Shown: one piece after another, positions 58,533 to 64,000 of the stretch
How positions within the stretch are numbered: position 1 is the first letter of the stretch
Layout of the letters: every line of letters starts with the position of its first letter
DNA from: a virus
Lineage: Duplodnaviria; Caudoviricetes
Length of the DNA stretch: 64,000 nucleotides
IMG/VR virus record: IMGVR_UViG_3300029305_005547
Span: 96,001-160,000 of that record
Reading direction: 5' to 3' (one strand)
Position numbers and translations under genes: made by a program
The notes under the pieces: model-generated
Database searches by the model: none
What the model was told of the DNA's origin: nothing
Seen by the model: only the letters and a program-made list of their open reading frames with translations

Positions 58533-61500
58533 TTATTCTAACGGAACTTCTACATCCATAAGTTCACCAATATTAGCAGTAATCTCTTCGTTAGATTTTA
58601 CTTCTCTTCTAATATTAGTTCCCTCTACACAGTTCAAATAGAAATCTTTGGTTCCATCATAACTACCAATGAAATATTGACGTGCTTCAATTTCTTCATC
58701 GATCATTTCATTAAGTTCGTCAATGTTTAAAGCACCAAATTCTTCAAGAAGTTCATCTGCAATTTCCTGACGTCTGTCAATAATGAATTTATCATATTCA
58801 CTACAGAATAAACTCTTTCCATTAGTAAGTTCGAACCACTCCATATCTGTAGTATTAAGTTCTTTAAGATCATCATCACCATCTAAGAACTCAATTGAAA
58901 ATCCTAATGATTTTAGGATAATTTCAAAGAACTCTGCAACACGTGAATCATATGATTTACTTACTGTAATTACAGGTTCATTATCAAGTAAAGCTTTACC
59001 TAAATCTCTTCTTGCTTTAACAGAAGTTCTATATAAAGCATGAATAAGTGCTACTTCTTCCGGCATCATCGCAACGGTGAAATTACATGTGTGTTAACTT
59101 TATATCACTATAAAGATCAGACTATATCTTCAACCAATAATCTATTACCAATTATTGGTTGCCTCCCATTTCGGAATTACTTCCTACTCTACTCAGTTAC
59201 TCACTTAAGTCTTTCTCTTAAGTTACCCTTTCGATAGTCGTTGAACGTTCTTATGTTTATAACGATTAATAAAATGACGAATTCGATCAGAATTTATATT
59301 GTATTTAGAATGAATTATATTGATAATATCTTTCGTAGATTTATTATTTCTAATATAACCAAATACTTCATTCTGTACATCAATATCAATATCTGGTAAT
59401 TTCTTATCACTCGATGTGTATTTATCAACATCATAAAACTCATATAGATATTTAAATTTATCGTATCTATGAATGAGAATATTATAGATAGTAGACGTCT
59501 TCACATTAGTAATATCCATGATTTCATATACAGATAATTTGTTTTCTGATAGTAGTTTAAAGACATTTTCTATTTGTTCTTCAGAATATTCTGATTTCGT
59601 TTGTTTACAATTTTCAACATCATAAAATATTGATATATTAATCCATGATAATCGATTTTTAATCATATATAACATAGCACCATCTATACCAGTCATCAAT
59701 TCAATTTCTTTTATTGTAAACATACCACTTTCCATAAGTTCACACGATTCAATCACTTGATCTTTAGAATATTTAGCGAAGTGTGAATTATCGCCATATC
59801 TATATGTGTTCAATCCTGTTTCGAATGCATGAATATTATTTTCTGAATATGTAAGCCATTCTAAGTTATCGACATAGTTATTATGTTTATCTCCGTCTTT
59901 ATGATTAACAACTGGCAATTGATCATCATTTGGAATAAACGCAATTGCAACCAACCTATGAATAGATTTATATACAGATTTTCCATTTTTCAAGTAAATA
60001 CATACTCGAAGGTATCCGTTGTTTGTTGGAAGTGGTTTTAAAATCATATTATTTTTAGTACTATAAATTCGTCCTAGATTAGACACTAGGTATTTTGTTT
60101 CTTCGTCATTAATTATAATAGGTTTCCATATTTCATCAATATCGTTATACATATATCAATCTCCTTTATTTATATATCAAGAGAATAATATATCATCATA
60201 AGTTTCGCTGCTGATTGTCTCTCACGAGAGTTCCCAGCAATTAAAGAGGTTTTCAGTACATATTACTACGCACTGCGCCTAATTTTAAGCGTCTCAAATT
60301 CACCAAAACGAATTGCAGTTGAAGAGTATAAATCTTTATGAGATTTGGATTTATAGCTTCTTTCAGGTACACCCTTACTACTAACAGCACCAATTCCTCG
60401 TACGGAGAAACCTTTCTTTGCTGTTTGTTTAAGCATAATTGTGTACATATTCGCAATATAAGAATCCTGAATACAAGGAATTTCTCTTCCGAATTTCTGA
60501 ATATACATCTTATCCGGTTTTAAGATATTCTCATATTTATTCTTAAGTTCCATAATACGATAGAATATTGGACTACTTTCTGACATTGAAGGTTGATTAA
60601 AGTGAATCTTCTTTTCCTCACAATACTTAAGGAATGTTTTCTTACCTTCAGTATCAAGTCCTTTGTAAATATTCTTAAGATAAATATACTCATCCGGGTT
60701 AAATATATTAATAACATCGAAAAGTAACTTATCTTTTTCCTTCATCGTTTTCATATGACGCATTGTCTCACTAACCCTCTTACCAATAAAGTTAGTTGCC
60801 AGTTCCATGATTGGTCCGGCTGTTGTTCTGTTAATAATCGCAAGCATATTAAAGATCATTTCAACATATACTTTATTTCCATCAGCGTCATAGTAATACG
60901 GCATTTCTTCTTTTGGTCTAATAGAAGCTATAACAGATTTGTTTCCATAACGACCTGAAACTTTTTGTCCGACAGTTAATCCTACTTCTCTTTCAACCAA
61001 AATATGAATCTGTACATTAGAGAAAGCAGAATCTTTTTCTTTCCACTTCTTCTCTAAGTCAAGCATTTCACATGCTCTTTTATACGCATAATCCACATCA
61101 TTAGAATATTTTTCACCTGTTGCGAATATCTCTTCACATGTCTGTTTGATTTGTCTGTAATATGCATTCTGATAACACCAATATGTATATATCTGATGAT
61201 AGAATGAATTGTCAGGTAATTCTTCGTTGTTACAATAAATATCAATATCAACAACTTTACCGTTCAAATAATACTTAGTATCGGTATCAGTAGCATGATC
61301 AAGCATATCTGCTTTGAAATCAAACAAAACCTGATTATTAAATTTTCTTCTGGTTGCCATTAAAATACCAGAAGAAAACTCTCCAATATTAGGGAATACT
61401 TTATATTCCGTTTCATCCCCATAAAGGTTAAGTGGATAATCGTTTTCATTGAGTGTAGCAATATTATATTCTGTTTCAGGTGCTACCATTTTCTTAGCAA

Positions 61501-62077
61501 GTTCATCAGAAACAATTGCTGCATCTTCAGATGTGAAAGGTTCTAAAGAATACATAGTAAGAACGTCTTTTCCATATGAATAATTCATGTGTTCATCATA
61601 TGAAGTAGATCTGTATGCAATAGTACCTTCATCAATTTCTTGACCCTCTTCAAAAGAGTCAATAACATCAGTGTTGTATCTGTAACCAAATACTTCTACC
61701 AAATCTTCATCTGGTTTACGTTCAATTACTTCAAACATCTTTTTAGTTTTATTATATAAAAAGATCTTAAACACTGTAGGGTGTTCAACAAGTCCTTCAA
61801 ATTTTACAATTTTACGATAAACAACGGACTCATTTAATTTCTTATAACCATCAGAATACTTTCCTACAACATTTTCGCCACCTGTAAAGAACTGTGGGAA
61901 ATCAGGGTATAACTGATTTTTATATTGGTTTAAATGAGATGCGAACATAACACTTCGCATACTGTTGTTGTACTGAGGCATCGTAAGCATACCCTTACCT
62001 TCGATAGATCGATCACCTCTAAATAATTCATCGCTTTTAAGTAAAGCTTCTCGTAAGTTATATTTTTCTTTAGCCAT
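58533..62077 (-). CDS. Phage RNA polymerase beta C-terminal subunit, probably the non-virion enzyme; exons 62077-60288 and 59085-58533, 780 aa spliced
   Basis: RSVMFASHLNQ, EDA, GQKVSGRYGNKSVI, IRFGEFET; splicing restores ...FGEFETLNFTVAMMPEE. Confidence 0.88.
59086..60287 (-). mobile_element. Group I self-splicing intron (1202 nt)
   Basis: Minus strand shows P AAUUGCUGGGAA, Q AAUCAGCAG, R GUUCAACGACUA, S AAGAUAUAGUCU; P1 with U.G at the 5' site; terminal G; frame restored. Confidence 0.9.
59223..60152 (-). CDS. Intron-encoded NUMOD4-HNH homing endonuclease
   Basis: EIWKPI...YLVSNLGRI (NUMOD4); HRLVAIAFI...VNHKDGDKHNNYVDNLEW...EN. Confidence 0.92.
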   Translation of the reverse strand: MYNDIDEIWKPIIINDEETKYLVSNLGRIYSTKNNMILKPLPTNNGYLRVCIYLKNGKSVYKSIHRLVAIAFIPNDDQLPVVNHKDGDKHNNYVDNLEWLTYSENNIHAFETGLNTYRYGDNSHFAKYSKDQVIESCELMESGMFTIKEIELMTGIDGAMLYMIKNRLSWINISIFYDVENCKQTKSEYSEEQIENVFKLLSENKLSVYEIMDITNVKTSTIYNILIHRYDKFKYLYEFYDVDKYTSSDKKLPDIDIDVQNEVFGYIRNNKSTKDIINIIHSKYNINSDRIRHFINRYKHKNVQRLSKG

Positions 62078-62215
62078 CTCCTGTGAGCCACTCCTTTCTT
62101 TTCCTAAAAATATAATGTATTATCATATTTTAAAAATAGGAAAAAATTAATAGAATGTGAGTAAAGACATAAAAAAGAAGAGTTTCGTAAATATCACGAA
62201 ACTCTTCTCCCAGTA

Positions 62216-63823
62216 TTAACCTTTCTTAAAAGGCCATTCAATAATATGTTTTGAAAGTCCTCGTCTTTCTAGTTCTTTCATAGTTTGATTAAAACGATGT
62301 ACTACTGTAGATGATGTACAATCAAGCTTAATTGCGACCTCAACGCAAGTACCGCTGTTATTAATAAGCTTAATAAAGTTAAGTAATTCATCATCTGTAG
62401 CTTTTGAAACTTTTACATATTTAGATTTCTTTTCAACCTTTTCTTTCGTAGCAGGTGTAACAGTTTCTTCAACCTTAGATTTTTCAATCTTTGTTTCGAC
62501 TTTCGGTTCTTCTTTGGGTTCAGTCGTGATACTCATTTTCTTAAACGCTTCTGCAAATGCATTTCCTATTGTACCATTAGCGTCCTCATATACTGATTCA
62601 GGTTCGTCATCATTTTCATAAATTTGACCTGTTGTACTATTGTACCGAACACTTGAACTTTCATGAATATCAATATTCTTTGGTGATACTGGTCCGGTAT
62701 ATACATTTTCTATTGAATCATAATTACCGAGATATTGAGAATATTCATCACGAACTTTAACCTGTTCATAATCAATTTCTCTAAGGAATTCAAAATTCCA
62801 TTTCATACCAGAGTAACCGTGGAGAGGTATTTTAAAGACTGTATTGAATAACGTATACATTCTGCTTTTTCTCTTTCCTACAGACGGATACATTCTTCTT
62901 AGTGCAGCTTCAATATCTTTCTCCGAACTAACCTCAACTTCTGCATCTTCACTACTAGATATATCACAATAATATTTATACATCATTATGAAATCATTTA
63001 CTGATACGTAATTTGCACCATATCCTGTGAATATAAATGCTTTAGCTAAGAAATCATCATCAAGATTAATTTTCTCAATAATTTTAGTTGGAGCAGATTC
63101 TTCGATACTTTCAGATACTGCATCAATAATAATCTGTTCAGGAACATCATCATTTTCTTCAGATTCGTTAATATAATCCGATGTAGAATCAACGTCGTCT
63201 CGATTAGTTCCTGATATTTCTGGAACTATAGAAGTTACATCCTTACTCTCAAAAACCGTTACCCTTGTAACACCTTTCACTTTCAAATACTCTTCAGAAC
63301 CGTCAAGATTTAATACATAATCTGTGTCAATATCAACAGAATATCGAATCATGGTGATATTGTTTGCTTTCATAAACTGCAAACGATAATCCTTTACCAA
63401 TATTTTGGCTTTTTCATAATCTTTCTTTCTAGCCTTTAACAATAGTTTCTTTACCTTCAAAACAAGATTGAAAACTCTGTCAGGACATACAGAGCATCCT
63501 GTTATAGACCAAATCAGTTTTTCATTAAAGAGAAACTGAAATTGGTTACTAGTTGAAATGTAACTTATCTTTCTCTTACCTGATGATAACTCCGTAAGAA
63601 CCGGTATATCAAAATCCGAATAAGGTAAACTGGTAAGCGGCACAGCAATAATGTTAATACCATTAAATAAACCAGCACACTCCGAAACATCACTAATGAT
63701 AAGACCGGGTCTTTCTTTAAAATCATCCCCCTCTATGTTTGGAAAATCAAGACCTCTTACTATGGCTCTTTTTTGGGTTTTGGATACGTATCCAATGTTT
63801 GCATATGTGTCATCCATACGCAT
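62216..63823 (-). CDS. Protein with N-terminal PemK/MazF-like domain and C-terminal HTH
   Basis: KERPGLIISD...NIIAVPLTS; CVEVAIKLDCTSSTVVHR. Confidence 0.55.
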   Translation of the reverse strand: MRMDDTYANIGYVSKTQKRAIVRGLDFPNIEGDDFKERPGLIISDVSECAGLFNGINIIAVPLTSLPYSDFDIPVLTELSSGKRKISYISTSNQFQFLFNEKLIWSITGCSVCPDRVFNLVLKVKKLLLKARKKDYEKAKILVKDYRLQFMKANNITMIRYSVDIDTDYVLNLDGSEEYLKVKGVTRVTVFESKDVTSIVPEISGTNRDDVDSTSDYINESEENDDVPEQIIIDAVSESIEESAPTKIIEKINLDDDFLAKAFIFTGYGANYVSVNDFIMMYKYYCDISSSEDAEVEVSSEKDIEAALRRMYPSVGKRKSRMYTLFNTVFKIPLHGYSGMKWNFEFLREIDYEQVKVRDEYSQYLGNYDSIENVYTGPVSPKNIDIHESSSVRYNSTTGQIYENDDEPESVYEDANGTIGNAFAEAFKKMSITTEPKEEPKVETKIEKSKVEETVTPATKEKVEKKSKYVKVSKATDDELLNFIKLINNSGTCVEVAIKLDCTSSTVVHRFNQTMKELERRGLSKHIIEWPFKKG

Positions 63824-64000
63824 TTTCCTCCTTCTTGTATTTTTGACAAAGAATGTGAGGTAGAATGATTTCTCACTCTACCTCATTTATTTTTTTCTTT
63901 ATCTATAAAATAATATATCTTTGTATTTATAGACTTTTACTTTTTAATAATTCATTTCTTCTTCAATGACAGTAAGATCATCCTGAGTAAGCATTGACAA

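Noticed and set aside
60253-60287. C-terminus KIRRSA* of ORF 60266-62077, and ORF 58533-59069 as a separate gene
   Set aside because: These are intron read-through and exon 2 of one spliced gene.
5562-63863. Short ORFs antisense to or nested in long genes (e.g. 5562, 8119, 11680, 16939, 37667, 48381, 51290, 52958, 58783, 63651)
   Set aside because: Shadow frames without RBS or protein-like composition.
1-64000. Stop-codon reassignment, tRNA or rRNA genes
   Set aside because: Long genes read intact in the standard code with all three stops used; no tRNA or rRNA was recognised by eye (a tRNAscan run would confirm).

Overview
AT-rich 64-kb segment of a jumbo phage of the phiKZ/PBS1-AR9 type, probably infecting a Firmicute (GGAGG/AAAGGA ribosome-binding sites, NlpC/P60 lysin). 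It encodes a split family-B DNA polymerase, two phage RNA-polymerase beta subunits (one interrupted by a group I intron carrying a NUMOD4-HNH endonuclease), SbcC, a Dda/RecD-like helicase, baseplate, neck and inner-head proteins, and two phage-type promoter motifs. The main finding is a dispersed tail-fibre tip cassette system. Ten near-identical 80-bp structured repeats, all on the + strand, each end in CTAAATAGTAA (one copy has an extra T), and each runs directly into a different start-less tail-fibre C-terminal domain. The one complete tail-fibre gene (40210-42090) carries the same 11-bp core in frame at codon 375 (LNSN), and the left 18 bp of the repeat lie 1.6 kb upstream of that core. 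This reads as one expression site plus an archive of at least 10 silent receptor-binding tips, four of them with their own partner adhesin gene. No recombinase or reverse transcriptase is visible in the window, so the switching mechanism is inferred, not shown. All product calls come from motif recognition by eye; no database search was run.
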